DNA of 64,000 nt from an uncultured Rhodospirillales bacterium (GTDB lineage Bacteria; Pseudomonadota; Alphaproteobacteria; RF32; CAG-239), in assembly GCA_902763185.1 (NCBI GenBank), contig CACWQT010000001.1, positions 3,406 to 67,405 of the forward strand, written 5' to 3'. Both the position numbers and the translations under genes were made by a program. This document shows positions 39,056 through 51,793 of this stretch, piece by piece; position 1 is the stretch's first letter, and every line of letters begins with the position of its first letter. The notes beneath the pieces were generated by a model. That model was not told the origin of the DNA. It worked only from the letters and a program-made list of their open reading frames with translations, and ran no database searches.

Positions 39056-40096
39056 ATGCCTTTAGTTTCTATGCGTCAGATTTTAGATCACGCAGCTGAG
39101 AACAATTATGGTGTTCCGGCATTTAACATTAACGATATGGAGCAAATTATTGCCGTTTGTGAAGCAGCAAAAGAGGTTAATGCGCCAGTCATTATTCAAA
39201 CATCTACCGGTGCACGTAAATTTGCCGGTGACCCGATGATTCGTCATATGATTGCCGCCGCGATTGAAATGTATCCGGAGTTACCGATTTGTTTGCACCA
39301 AGACCATGGTGCAACTGTTGATATTTGCCAATCTGCATTGGTTAACGGCTATTCTTCGGTGATGATGGACGGCTCTCTAGAAGCTGATGGTAAGACACCT
39401 TCTTCTTTTGAATATAACGTCAGAGTTACTAAAGAAGTTGTGGCACGTGCTCATGCTGTCGGCGCTTCGGTTGAAGCCGAGCTTGGCGTTATCGGCTCTT
39501 TGGAAACAGGTAAAGGCGATAAAGAGGACGGGCATGGCGCAGAGGGCGTTATTGATAGAAAGCGTTTGGTAACAGACCCTGATGAAGCGGCAAAATTTGT
39601 TGCAGAAACAAATATTGATGCTTTAGCGGTTGCTGTTGGCACATCACACGGTGCTTATAAATTTACACGTAAGCCGACCGGCGATATCTTGGCGATTGAC
39701 GTGATTGAGAAAATCCATGCTAAACTTCCTAATACCCATATGGTTATGCACGGTTCTTCTTCTGTTCCGCAAGAATTGCAAGATTTGATTAATGCATATG
39801 GTGGCGCTATTCCGCAGACATTCGGTGTGCCGGTAGAAGATATTGTTCGCGGTATTAAAGCTGGTGTGCGCAAAGTTAATGTGGATACAGACTGCCGTAT
39901 GGCGATTACCGGTGCTATCCGCAAATTATTTGCCGAGAATCCGAAAGAATTTGACCCACGCAAGTACTTAAAACCGGCCATTGAAGAGATGAAAAAGGTT
40001 TGTATTGCACGTTATACCGCTTTTGGTGCTGCCGGTCATGCGGATAAAATTAAGCCTATTCCGTTGTCTGTTATGGCAAAAAGATATAGCGCTTAA
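39056..40096 (+). CDS. fba: Fructose-bisphosphate aldolase, class II
   Basis: MPLVSMRQILDHAAENNYGVPAFNINDMEQ, LHQDHG and HGSSSVP motifs of class II FBA. Confidence 0.92.
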   Translation: MPLVSMRQILDHAAENNYGVPAFNINDMEQIIAVCEAAKEVNAPVIIQTSTGARKFAGDPMIRHMIAAAIEMYPELPICLHQDHGATVDICQSALVNGYSSVMMDGSLEADGKTPSSFEYNVRVTKEVVARAHAVGASVEAELGVIGSLETGKGDKEDGHGAEGVIDRKRLVTDPDEAAKFVAETNIDALAVAVGTSHGAYKFTRKPTGDILAIDVIEKIHAKLPNTHMVMHGSSSVPQELQDLINAYGGAIPQTFGVPVEDIVRGIKAGVRKVNVDTDCRMAITGAIRKLFAENPKEFDPRKYLKPAIEEMKKVCIARYTAFGAAGHADKIKPIPLSVMAKRYSA

Positions 40097-40115
40097 TTTC
40101 CGTTTCAGGTAAAAG

Positions 40116-40148
40116 AAAAGGCTCAGAGTTAAACCCTGAGCCTTTTTT
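40116..40148. terminator. Bidirectional rho-independent terminator
   Basis: AAAAGGCTCAG-agttaaacc-CTGAGCCTTTTTT between the convergent fba and infC genes. Confidence 0.75.
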
Positions 40149-40163
40149 ATAGCTTATTTTGCT

Positions 40164-40715
40164 TTATGCCGGAGAGACCATCATAAACATTTGTTTGCCT
40201 TCGAGTTTTGGGGCGGCATCTACTTTGCAAATACCCTCCAAATCCTCTATCAGTTTGTTTAGGACTTCTTTTCCCATATCATTGGCACTTAATTCGCGCC
40301 CCTTAAAGCGCATGGTAAATTTAACTTTGTCCCCTTGAGCCAAAAATTTCTTTGCTTGCTTGAGCTTAACTTCATAATCATGCGTATCAATCATCGGGCG
40401 AAGTTTTAATTCTTTAATACTGACAACCTTTTGATTTTTCTTGGCTTCATTTTTCTTTTTCTGCTGTTCGTATTTATATTTTCCATAATCTAAAACTTTA
40501 CAAACAGGGGGATTAACTTGCGGAGAAATTTCTATCAAATCCAAACCGACATCTTCGGCAATATGCAAGGCTTCTTTTAGTGAAACGACGCCTAAATTTT
40601 CTCCATTATAATTGATTAAACGAACTTCTTTTGCTTTTATATCTTGGTTAATGCGCGGTCCATCACCATCACGTACTGGCGCATTTGTGTTCTCTGTAGC
40701 TATTGTTACCTCCAA
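40164..40715 (-). CDS. infC: Translation initiation factor IF-3
   Basis: INQDIKAKEVRLI...GVVSLKEALHIAEDVGLDLIEISP...PPVCKVLDYGKYKYE, typical of IF-3. The ORF-track start is a TTG at 40715. GGAGG at 40712-40708 followed by ATA at 40703-40701 suggests a non-AUG start. Confidence 0.93.
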   Translation of the reverse strand: MEVTIATENTNAPVRDGDGPRINQDIKAKEVRLINYNGENLGVVSLKEALHIAEDVGLDLIEISPQVNPPVCKVLDYGKYKYEQQKKKNEAKKNQKVVSIKELKLRPMIDTHDYEVKLKQAKKFLAQGDKVKFTMRFKGRELSANDMGKEVLNKLIEDLEGICKVDAAPKLEGKQMFMMVSPA

Positions 40716-40864
40716 TTAAAATTAAATTTACAGGGGGTATTTTACCTAAAAATATTATACTTCGCAAGCAAAATATTTAGGCATGTCGCATTTAATTGCG
40801 CGTATCCTGATTTTTTTATAGCATGTTCTTGAGGATATTGTTATATTTGTTTTAGTTGATTTAG

Positions 40865-43724
<2,860 letters not shown>

Positions 43725-45925
43725 TCGGATCGTAGTCTATGCCAAGTTTAGATAGAATATCCTCATTTTCGTCTGAACGTTGCGCCACAATCCAATCCGG
43801 AACATTCGGCGATGCTGGCAATGCTGCTTGAGCTTTCATTTTTTTATCCAAATACCAACGAGGAGAATCCGCCATAATCGGCGTTTCAATATAACCTTGC
43901 ATCAAAACAACCTGCTTTAACATGGGTAAACTCAACAATTCGTTGGTACTAATAGCTGAAACAGCTTGTAACTGATAACTTACATTTTTAGCAAAAGGAT
44001 TGAACTCTTTATTGCTAATGCCGCCTTCGTTACGTGAATATGAGGTGACTTGAACGGTTTTATTACCAATCATTTTAGAGAAACGTTGGGCGGTTTGCTC
44101 GTTGTTTTGGGATAAAATAACCTTGCAAGCAGTAGTAGAAATAACCGTTTCAAGGTCATCTTTACCGTATTTACCGGAAATTTGGCCTAAATCTTGTCCA
44201 ATCAGTAAATATGACACTTTTTGACCACGACCAACCGCCGGTCCGTCAATAACAGCTTTTAACTTAGGCATTTGCGGAAACTCGTCAAGCACGAACAATG
44301 TCGGGAACGGCCCCATTTTACCATCAGTTTTATTTACAAAATTCGGTGGATTCGAAATCAAATATGCACTCATTAAGTCCACAAATACAGCACTAATCGG
44401 GTTTAAGGCTTGTGCATCGGTCTGGTTAACAGATAGGTAGACAGATATTGGCTTCCACTCACCGGTTACAGGGTCTTTCATACCGCGCAAATCTTTAAAC
44501 TTCAAATCAGAGAAACTGGTTCGTGCCACCACCGCGGCGTTTTTAAAGATACGAATACCATTGAAGGCTGTAGAAAGTACGGAGCCACGCTCTTTATCCG
44601 GTTTAGCACTCAAACCGCTCAATTCAGTGATACAACGACGTGAATATCCATAGTCATTGGCTTCATTAACCGCGGCATCCAACAAATCGCGCATTAAATC
44701 TGCCATAGCTGCCATTTGATCACCTTCATCCAAACGACGCTTAATCTCATTACTTTGTTCAATTTGGGCGGCAGTAATCCATTCCAAAATCATCGCCATA
44801 CAAGCTTCATGATTTACCCATCTGTCAGGAAATGAGTTCCATGTGCCGACCGGTAAGTAATTTTCTATGGTTAGATTATCGTTTTGCAGATCTTGCAAAG
44901 CTCTTGCTGCATTTGCACGCAGATTACCTTCTTGCATCTCTTCATATAAATTGGTTAATTCCGCTTTATCTGCGGCAGTCATTGAGCCTTCACTGATTTT
45001 TTGGATAAATTTTTCATTTGCTAAGGCTTTTTCGCATTTGGATGCCACAAAGTGTATCAATCCGCATAAGGCACCACGACCTGCTTGTGACCAATATTGG
45101 TCACCACCACCTTTAGGATCTTCCACAAGCGTATTGCACATAGAGTCAATATACAAATCGCGCTCAGGCCCTGGTGCCGGCAGAGCTCCCGGAGAAAGCG
45201 GATTCCAGCTCGGATAATATTCACCTGTTTCTGGATTATCTTCTTTACCCCAGTTAATAACGAACACCGGTCCGACTTTGTTTCTGGCACCTGTGGTTTT
45301 ATAACATAACTCCGGTTTCGGGTCGTTCACGATAATACTCATCCCTTCGGAGTTAAAAATTGTCGGAATAACAATACCAACAGTTTTACCGGTTCCCGGA
45401 GGTGCGCAACATAAGGTGGATAGCGTTTCTTTTAGTTTTAAGAGCTTTCCTTGGAATTTGCCAACAACCATGCAAAAACCGTCAAAACCTAACAATTCCA
45501 TTCTTTGAATATCACGAAGTGTAGCAATATGTGCCGAACCGTGAACATTTGATTGGAATTTATACGGACATTTAATGGCACCGACAAACATTATTACCGG
45601 AAAAATTATCAGAGGCAAAGCCGGTATCCATAAACTCAGCTTAAATGAACCGTTATAACTCATCATCTTTTTTATCCACGAAATATAACGGCTATATAAA
45701 AATTCCGGTTGGTCAAAAGATTTTTTTATAAATTTTGCAGCAATGTCTACGTTTTCTTTAGAAATACCTTTTTGTAACAAAAAAGCAAGCGGCTGTGAAA
45801 TGTATGCGAAGAAAACTGTAAATACCACAGATAAAATAAACGTCGTTGCCATCCAACGCACCGCTTTATCATACTCTTCCCACTCTTTTCCTCTTTCTTT
45901 TACCATTCTTCCCTCTATAAAATGT

Positions 45926-47191
45926 TTATGCTAGACTGTGTATCAGTTTTTTCAATTTTTCAAAAGAACTCTTATCTGCCTTTTCTTCGCAGGTCTCAAG
46001 TGACTTTGAAAACAGCTGTATCTCTTTTGGACTACCACGGTTAATTCGAGTTACATTTATCCCCATATGGTTCCATACTTCGAACATATCTTCAGCATTG
46101 ATAATGTTTCCGCCTTGGATGATAACATAAGGAACAATTTCATAGTTCATATCCGCCACAGCTAATTTTGTTTTTAGGATATCTCGAGCGATATCAATTT
46201 TGCGCACCGGAGAAATACGATGACTGCTTTCAGAGAACCACAATGGCTCTTCATCATTAAATTTCTCTTCATCCGCCAACCAATCCCCTACTTCTTTATC
46301 TACTAAGCAAAGCATTATTTGGTTGCGACTAACGGCAACGTAGTCAATCGTTGTCTTCTTAATTATGGCAGACATAATGACATCATATCCCTTTTGTTTA
46401 AGCACATCTAATACAGGTGTATGAGATTCTTTTGGTGCTATTTCAGCTCCTTTAGGCTTTGATGCTATATCTCTTGTTGCCGGCTGTTTAACTTTATGCT
46501 GCTCGGCGGCGGTATCTTTTTCCGGTTTGACCTCTATGGGTTTCGGTTCATCCGCCACTAATGCAGAAGGTATAGATTCTTCTTGTTTTTTCTCTTTTTT
46601 ATCAAAATCAAAATCTAAGTCAAAATCGTCATCATCAAAATTAAATAGTGCATGTTCAGTTAAAGGTTCCGGATTCTTTTTGCTTGCGGCATATGGTGAT
46701 GATGTTGTTCTATTTGCCGCTGAAACATTGCTGTTTATATTGGATTGCATTAATGCAACCGAAGGCAAAACAGGACGTTTAACAGGTGCTTTTTTGATTA
46801 TCGGCGTCTTTTGTATTTGTGTCTTTTCTTCAGTAATTGATTTCTTTTTCACAACCACTGGCGCTTTTTTATTTAAGGTCAATTTTCTATAAAGATAAAC
46901 CGGACTTAAAATAATTTTCTTTAACCAGCTTTCCCATTTCATTAAGCACAACCCGACCCATCCGGCAAGCCACAAAGGCACAGAACTGACCAGTATTAAG
47001 AAAAAGGCTATTTCAGAGCGACTAACCGCCTCGCCACTGTTCCATTTTTCTTTTAAGAGTTGCCAGTGTTCTCCAGTAAATATATCAAAGTGCCAATTTA
47101 TCAACAAAACAACCCTTATGCCGTCTATGAAAACAATAGTCCACAGATAGCCAATAATAAGTGTTTTGAGTATAATTAGCAGTGGTTTCAA
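45926..47191 (-). CDS. Hypothetical membrane-anchored protein: WHFDI two-TM module, charged linker, NERD-like C-terminal domain
   Basis: The N-terminus is paralogous to the 47248 ORF (LINWHFDIF...PVYLYRKLT). The linker is low-complexity and carries a DDDDFDLDFDFD run. The C-terminus, IDYVAVSRNQIMLCLVDKEVGDW...PLWF...SPVRKIDIAR...VPYVIIQGG, resembles the NERD / PD-(D/E)xK layout, assigned from pattern memory only. Confidence 0.5.
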   Translation of the reverse strand: MKPLLIILKTLIIGYLWTIVFIDGIRVVLLINWHFDIFTGEHWQLLKEKWNSGEAVSRSEIAFFLILVSSVPLWLAGWVGLCLMKWESWLKKIILSPVYLYRKLTLNKKAPVVVKKKSITEEKTQIQKTPIIKKAPVKRPVLPSVALMQSNINSNVSAANRTTSSPYAASKKNPEPLTEHALFNFDDDDFDLDFDFDKKEKKQEESIPSALVADEPKPIEVKPEKDTAAEQHKVKQPATRDIASKPKGAEIAPKESHTPVLDVLKQKGYDVIMSAIIKKTTIDYVAVSRNQIMLCLVDKEVGDWLADEEKFNDEEPLWFSESSHRISPVRKIDIARDILKTKLAVADMNYEIVPYVIIQGGNIINAEDMFEVWNHMGINVTRINRGSPKEIQLFSKSLETCEEKADKSSFEKLKKLIHSLA

Positions 47192-47247
47192 ATTTTTCTC
47201 CGTTATTTTTATTTTTTGATTATAATCACTGATTAGTTAACAAGATA

Positions 47248-47739
47248 TTATTGTTTTTCGTTTTCCTCTATTTTTAATGAAATTTGTTTGCGCAAATCAC
47301 GCACGACATGCGCAGATCCTTTATCCTGCCCTTGTTCTTTTATTTTATCAGAAATGATTTCATCCAATGTTTTATCTTTTCCTCCCAAATTTTTGATTTT
47401 AACATGCTCCATTTCCATATTTTTTGGCCGTGTTAGTTTGTGATATAACCAAACAATCGGATAAAAGATAAATTTCCAAAAGCCAAACTTATAAATTTTA
47501 CGGCTTAACATTATCCAAACTACAGGAATCAGAAGAAATGTCAGCCCAAAACACCAGTCACTAAAGGAATTATAAACGCCACCCTGTTCCCAAAATTCAG
47601 ACATGACACGATAGGCTTTTTTATCCAATATATCAAAATGCCATATCAGCTTAAAGATAATTTGAAAAATAAATATAACTGGCACCAAAACTACTACGCT
47701 TATTGCGCAAAAGCGCCCGATTTTTTTTAGTTTCTTCAT
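47248..47739 (-). CDS. Hypothetical small membrane protein with WHFDI two-TM module
   Basis: LIWHFDILDKK...W..GG...TM...IVWLYHKLT, paralogous to the N-terminus of the next gene. The ATGA start/stop overlap with the upstream 524-aa gene implies translational coupling. Confidence 0.55.
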   Translation of the reverse strand: MKKLKKIGRFCAISVVVLVPVIFIFQIIFKLIWHFDILDKKAYRVMSEFWEQGGVYNSFSDWCFGLTFLLIPVVWIMLSRKIYKFGFWKFIFYPIVWLYHKLTRPKNMEMEHVKIKNLGGKDKTLDEIISDKIKEQGQDKGSAHVVRDLRKQISLKIEENEKQ

Positions 47740-49310
47740 CTTTTCATTCCAATTTGATTGATAAATCCTCTTACATCCATATCATTTAAAATTGTTTTTG
47801 GAGCTTTGGAATTTCGATTATTTTTAGTAACATTTACGTTGCACATTGTATTTTCTGCATACTGAACAGCATTTTGTGCATTTTCCTTGGTATTACCAAA
47901 ATTCTTAATACCATAGTTACGTAAAAGCCATATTGAATTTAAATCTTTTTTCACTCTTTTTGCAGCTTCTAATTGGCTTTCATTTATTTTTTGCAAGTAT
48001 TTATCTTTTTCAGCGCTTGCACGTTCCGGATCCGTTTCATATTCTTTGTCTATAAGGTTTAAATTTTTTGTGATTGTTTCACCAAATGTTGCTGCGTCTT
48101 GCTTTAATTTTTGTTTGATTGGATGAATTTCTTTTATGACCAAAAGTTTTTCCATCATAGATTTTCTGTTACATCCCGGTATAGTAAGCGCTTCTGAAAA
48201 TTTATTTAAATTCTCGTTTATTTCTGAATTTATAGGAGTATCCGCTGTTGTATGTGTGCGAACCTCCTTTATTTTTTCAACCACTCCTGCTTTAATTTCA
48301 GCATCTTTTAATTTGGGATTTGTGATAATTTCTTCCATTTCTTTTAATGCTTTAGTAATTTCAACAGGCAATGGTTCAACTTCTGTCGTATTTATTGACA
48401 ATGCAGCATGATGAACTGCAAAGTTTGCTACATCTGTTTGGCGTGCAATTGTTTCAATAGCTTTACGCGGAATATCCTTAAATTCAGCCCATTCGCCAGC
48501 TTCTGGAGAATTCGGATCAGCATCCGCTTTATTTTTTATTTCAACTAAATGATTAAAACACTGTGGTTCATGTCCTTGCCACACACGCCACTTAGGCTTT
48601 TGCCCATTTTGAGCAGCCTCTACATTTTCCATTAGCTCTTTGTGGTGCAACAAAACACTTTTTACCAGCTCTTTGCCTTTTTCTGTATTCTCGGCAATCA
48701 TTTCATCAGCATAATCAAAAACTGTTTTTTCTTTATTTTTATCCGGCTTCTTTTCTGAGGACTTGCTACTGCTTAATGGGCCAAATAAAATCCAATCAAA
48801 TATATCTAAAGTCAAATCAACTGTTAAATCTATTGCTCCGGCATATGCAGCCACAACAATTTCATTATAACAGGCTTGTAAAAAATTGCTACTGCTTCCC
48901 GGTTTGTAACCATCTTTTTTCCGTTCCGGAGCTTTTGCAGGCGCGCTATGATGTTTGGCAGGAGGATCTTTTTTTTCTTTAGCCATTTTTCCCAAGCCAT
49001 AAGCATTAGATTCAAACGCCATTGCTGTATCATATTCTTCTGTTGGTGTGTCCGGTTGAGAAGGCGGTGGCGGATTTTGACCTGCATCCGGAGTTCCGGA
49101 ACCTTCTGAATTACCGCCATTTTCCGGCGGTGTCGGAGCGGTTCCTCCGGTTGTACCCGCATCAGGTTTATTATCCGGCTTATTATCAGCTTTGCCGGTT
49201 AATCTTTTCTTTTGTTCTTCTAACTTTTCTTTGAATGCCTTTGATTTGGCTTCATGGCTTTCTCTGCCAGTTATCGAGGAACTTGTGTTATCTGCCATTT
49301 TCTTCTCCAT
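47736..49310 (-). CDS. Hypothetical protein (about 520 aa) with a Pro/Gly/Asn-rich disordered N-terminus and a helical C-terminal body
   Basis: Long intact ORF. The N-terminal ~130 aa are low-complexity (NKPDNKPDAGTTGGTAPTPPENGGNSEGSGTPDAGQNPPPPSQPDTP). The alternative ATG at 49298 is preceded by GGAGAAG. No family recognised. Confidence 0.55.
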   Translation of the reverse strand: MEKKMADNTSSSITGRESHEAKSKAFKEKLEEQKKRLTGKADNKPDNKPDAGTTGGTAPTPPENGGNSEGSGTPDAGQNPPPPSQPDTPTEEYDTAMAFESNAYGLGKMAKEKKDPPAKHHSAPAKAPERKKDGYKPGSSSNFLQACYNEIVVAAYAGAIDLTVDLTLDIFDWILFGPLSSSKSSEKKPDKNKEKTVFDYADEMIAENTEKGKELVKSVLLHHKELMENVEAAQNGQKPKWRVWQGHEPQCFNHLVEIKNKADADPNSPEAGEWAEFKDIPRKAIETIARQTDVANFAVHHAALSINTTEVEPLPVEITKALKEMEEIITNPKLKDAEIKAGVVEKIKEVRTHTTADTPINSEINENLNKFSEALTIPGCNRKSMMEKLLVIKEIHPIKQKLKQDAATFGETITKNLNLIDKEYETDPERASAEKDKYLQKINESQLEAAKRVKKDLNSIWLLRNYGIKNFGNTKENAQNAVQYAENTMCNVNVTKNNRNSKAPKTILNDMDVRGFINQIGMKR

Positions 49311-49379
49311 ACAAACAATTTATATGCTTCATTTTAACAGAAAAACTAACATTTGTCTACTTTAAAAAAGATAAAAATA

Positions 49380-50588
49380 TCAGACTTTTAATTTTTTTAC
49401 AAAGGCACCGATTTTTTGATTTGCTTTTACACCATCTTCCGGTGTTACTTTAATTAAACCAAAAAACTTAGGCTTAATTTTTTCCATTTGAATTGGTGAG
49501 AACATTGCCGGATTTTTTACTAGTGCTTCAAAAGAGCCATCCGCATCCTTTTGCGCTGCTCGAAAATAATTATTTATCAGGCGATCCACATCTATTGGAA
49601 AATTTTTCTCTTTTAATTTGGCAATAAATAATTTCTTACGTTCTTGTAATTCCATATACTCTTCATAAAGTTCTCTCTTTATTCTGTTTTTTATCATAAG
49701 CTCTTTCTTTTGTTCATAGCTTACTTCACAAATTTCTATGTCTATCAGTATCTCCACATATGAAATAATCGCTAACTGCAAATCTGTATCATTTAGGGTT
49801 TCAGCGAATGACAAATAGCCTTCATCATCAGCATCAGGTGCCAATCTTTTCATATCTTCCGGTGCATATTTATTGATTATATCCCAACAAGCAAGTAAAT
49901 ATTCGGCAATTTTTTTGCCAATACTCGGCTTATAATTAGGAATTAACATATCCGGCACATAGTCCGTTTGTGGTAGCTTTAGATTTTTTTTCATAGATAT
50001 TACTGTCATACTATCTTGAAAATTCTTAATTTTTTGCGCCAATTCATACTCTTCTTCTTTTAGTCCGCGCTCTTCTGCCGCTGGCTCTGCTTCCGGCGTG
50101 ACAAGACCATCTAATCCTCCATTTATTCCAGCTTGAGAATCATCCTCGGGGGTTACCAACTCATCCAGACTTCCTGATGTGCTTGGCGTAGGGGCTGATA
50201 CTAAATCGTCTAATCCACCTGCTGACTGTTCTGTTGTTTCTTGGGTTACAAATCCGTCTAATCCACCGGTAGGTTCTGTTGTAGAAGAAGAAACATAATT
50301 ATCAAGCCCTCCTGTTGATGTCGAAGATGTTTCTGTTACAAAACCATCTAACCCCTCTGTCGAAGCCGGCTGATTTTGCGATGTCATTAAATTATCAAGC
50401 GAGCTATCTGTTAAAGAAGAAGTTTCTGTTGGCTTTGGACTGCCTTGATTTACAAAATCGTTGAGTAATTTTGCAAATTCATCCTCCAAATTAATACCTA
50501 CGCCAGCATTTTGTTCCTTATTTTCAGTATTTTGGTTATTATCTTCGGGAGTTAGAAAGGAATCTAATCCGCTATTTTCATTTGCCAT
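49380..50588 (-). CDS. Hypothetical protein with eight [GS]LDxhh[TS] motif repeats in an acidic N-terminal half and a helical C-terminal domain
   Basis: The motif copies are GLDSFLT, SLDNLMT, GLDGFVT, GLDNYVS, GLDGFVT, GLDDLVS, SLDELVT and GLDGLVT, all within aa 7-164. The C-terminus is basic (...GAFVKKLKV). First gene of the block. Confidence 0.55.
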   Translation of the reverse strand: MANENSGLDSFLTPEDNNQNTENKEQNAGVGINLEDEFAKLLNDFVNQGSPKPTETSSLTDSSLDNLMTSQNQPASTEGLDGFVTETSSTSTGGLDNYVSSSTTEPTGGLDGFVTQETTEQSAGGLDDLVSAPTPSTSGSLDELVTPEDDSQAGINGGLDGLVTPEAEPAAEERGLKEEEYELAQKIKNFQDSMTVISMKKNLKLPQTDYVPDMLIPNYKPSIGKKIAEYLLACWDIINKYAPEDMKRLAPDADDEGYLSFAETLNDTDLQLAIISYVEILIDIEICEVSYEQKKELMIKNRIKRELYEEYMELQERKKLFIAKLKEKNFPIDVDRLINNYFRAAQKDADGSFEALVKNPAMFSPIQMEKIKPKFFGLIKVTPEDGVKANQKIGAFVKKLKV

Positions 50589-50673
50589 TATGCTCTCCTT
50601 GATGTTTTTTAATATCTGCTTGATTTAATTTCACCCTTAATTTATGTTAGTTTAAGGTAAAATATATGAAAAT

Positions 50674-51675
50674 ATGTTTAATATGACAAATTTGATTGAA
50701 GAAAATAATAATTTTTTTTATACGGCGCCGGTTTCAAAAGAACAAGCTAGAACTCGGATAGATAAATTTATTGCCGATAGTATCCCTCAATTTTCACGCG
50801 CACAAATACAACGTTTGCTTGAAAGCGGCTGTGTTTTTGCTGATGATTTACTCATTACGGATAAAAATTTCAAAACGCGCGAAGGTGATATTTACCAAAT
50901 TATCGTACCAGAACCGGAAGAAGCAACGCCTGTGGCTCAGAATATTCCTCTTGATATCTTGTATGAAGATGAGGATTTGGTTGTGGTTAATAAACCGGCA
51001 GGGATGACCGTTCATCCGGCGGCAGGTTGCTCGAGCGATACTTTAGTCAATGCACTGTTATATCATTGCAAAGAATCTTTATCCGGTATCGGCGGTGTAG
51101 CACGTCCGGGAATTGTTCACCGTATAGATAGAAATACAAGTGGTGTCTTGGTTGTGGCAAAAAATGATATTACACACAGAGGTCTTGCTGAGCAATTTTT
51201 TGTTCATTCTATTGAGCGCACATACTATGCCGTTGTTTACAATGTCGCAAATCCACTTAGCGGGACAATTGAAGCAAATCTTGCACGCAGCCCCTATGAC
51301 CGCAAAAAGATGGCTATTATTAAAACAGGCGGAAAAACTGCCATCACACACTATCAAACCATAGAGAACTATAAAAATGCCGCATCGCTCATCAAGTGCA
51401 ATCTAGAAACAGGGCGCACCCACCAAATTCGCGTTCATTTATCCAGCATCGGCTGCCATTTAATTGGTGATGATGTTTATGCGCAGCCCCATAAAAATTC
51501 TATCTTACTGCCAGTAGAGATTAAAAAATATGTCAATTCTTTTCCACGGCAAGCTTTACATGCTTTTTCTCTAGGCTTTATTCACCCGAAAACAGGTAAA
51601 AAACTTTATTTTGAAGCAGATTATCCCAGCGATATGAAGGAATTGATAAATAAACTCCGCGAATATAGACTTTAG
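50674..51675 (+). CDS. rluD: 23S rRNA pseudouridine synthase, RluD family
   Basis: S4 domain (R.DKFIA...SR..IQRL), the catalytic motif HRIDRNTSGVLVVAK, and GRTHQIRVH. Confidence 0.9.
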   Translation: MFNMTNLIEENNNFFYTAPVSKEQARTRIDKFIADSIPQFSRAQIQRLLESGCVFADDLLITDKNFKTREGDIYQIIVPEPEEATPVAQNIPLDILYEDEDLVVVNKPAGMTVHPAAGCSSDTLVNALLYHCKESLSGIGGVARPGIVHRIDRNTSGVLVVAKNDITHRGLAEQFFVHSIERTYYAVVYNVANPLSGTIEANLARSPYDRKKMAIIKTGGKTAITHYQTIENYKNAASLIKCNLETGRTHQIRVHLSSIGCHLIGDDVYAQPHKNSILLPVEIKKYVNSFPRQALHAFSLGFIHPKTGKKLYFEADYPSDMKELINKLREYRL

Positions 51676-51793
51676 TTCTATAACGCGCTGATAATTCTAA
51701 ATATTTACTTAAAATATCTAAAACCAATGTCTAGGTTGTGGAAAACTTTTTTATATATAAAATTGGCTAATGTCAATTTTTAGGAGAAAGAAA

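Noticed and set aside
39056-40096. fba as a second horizontally acquired gene because it looks somewhat GC-richer and sits beside a tRNA gene
   Set aside because: The elevation is modest (roughly low 40s percent by eye). That is typical of highly conserved, highly expressed genes in AT-rich genomes, and no flanking repeats were seen.
46527-46892. 121-aa plus-strand ORF with an SKSKSKSKSSSS run
   Set aside because: It is the mirror image of the acidic DDDDFDLDFDFD linker coding region of the 421-aa minus-strand gene, so it is an antisense artefact.
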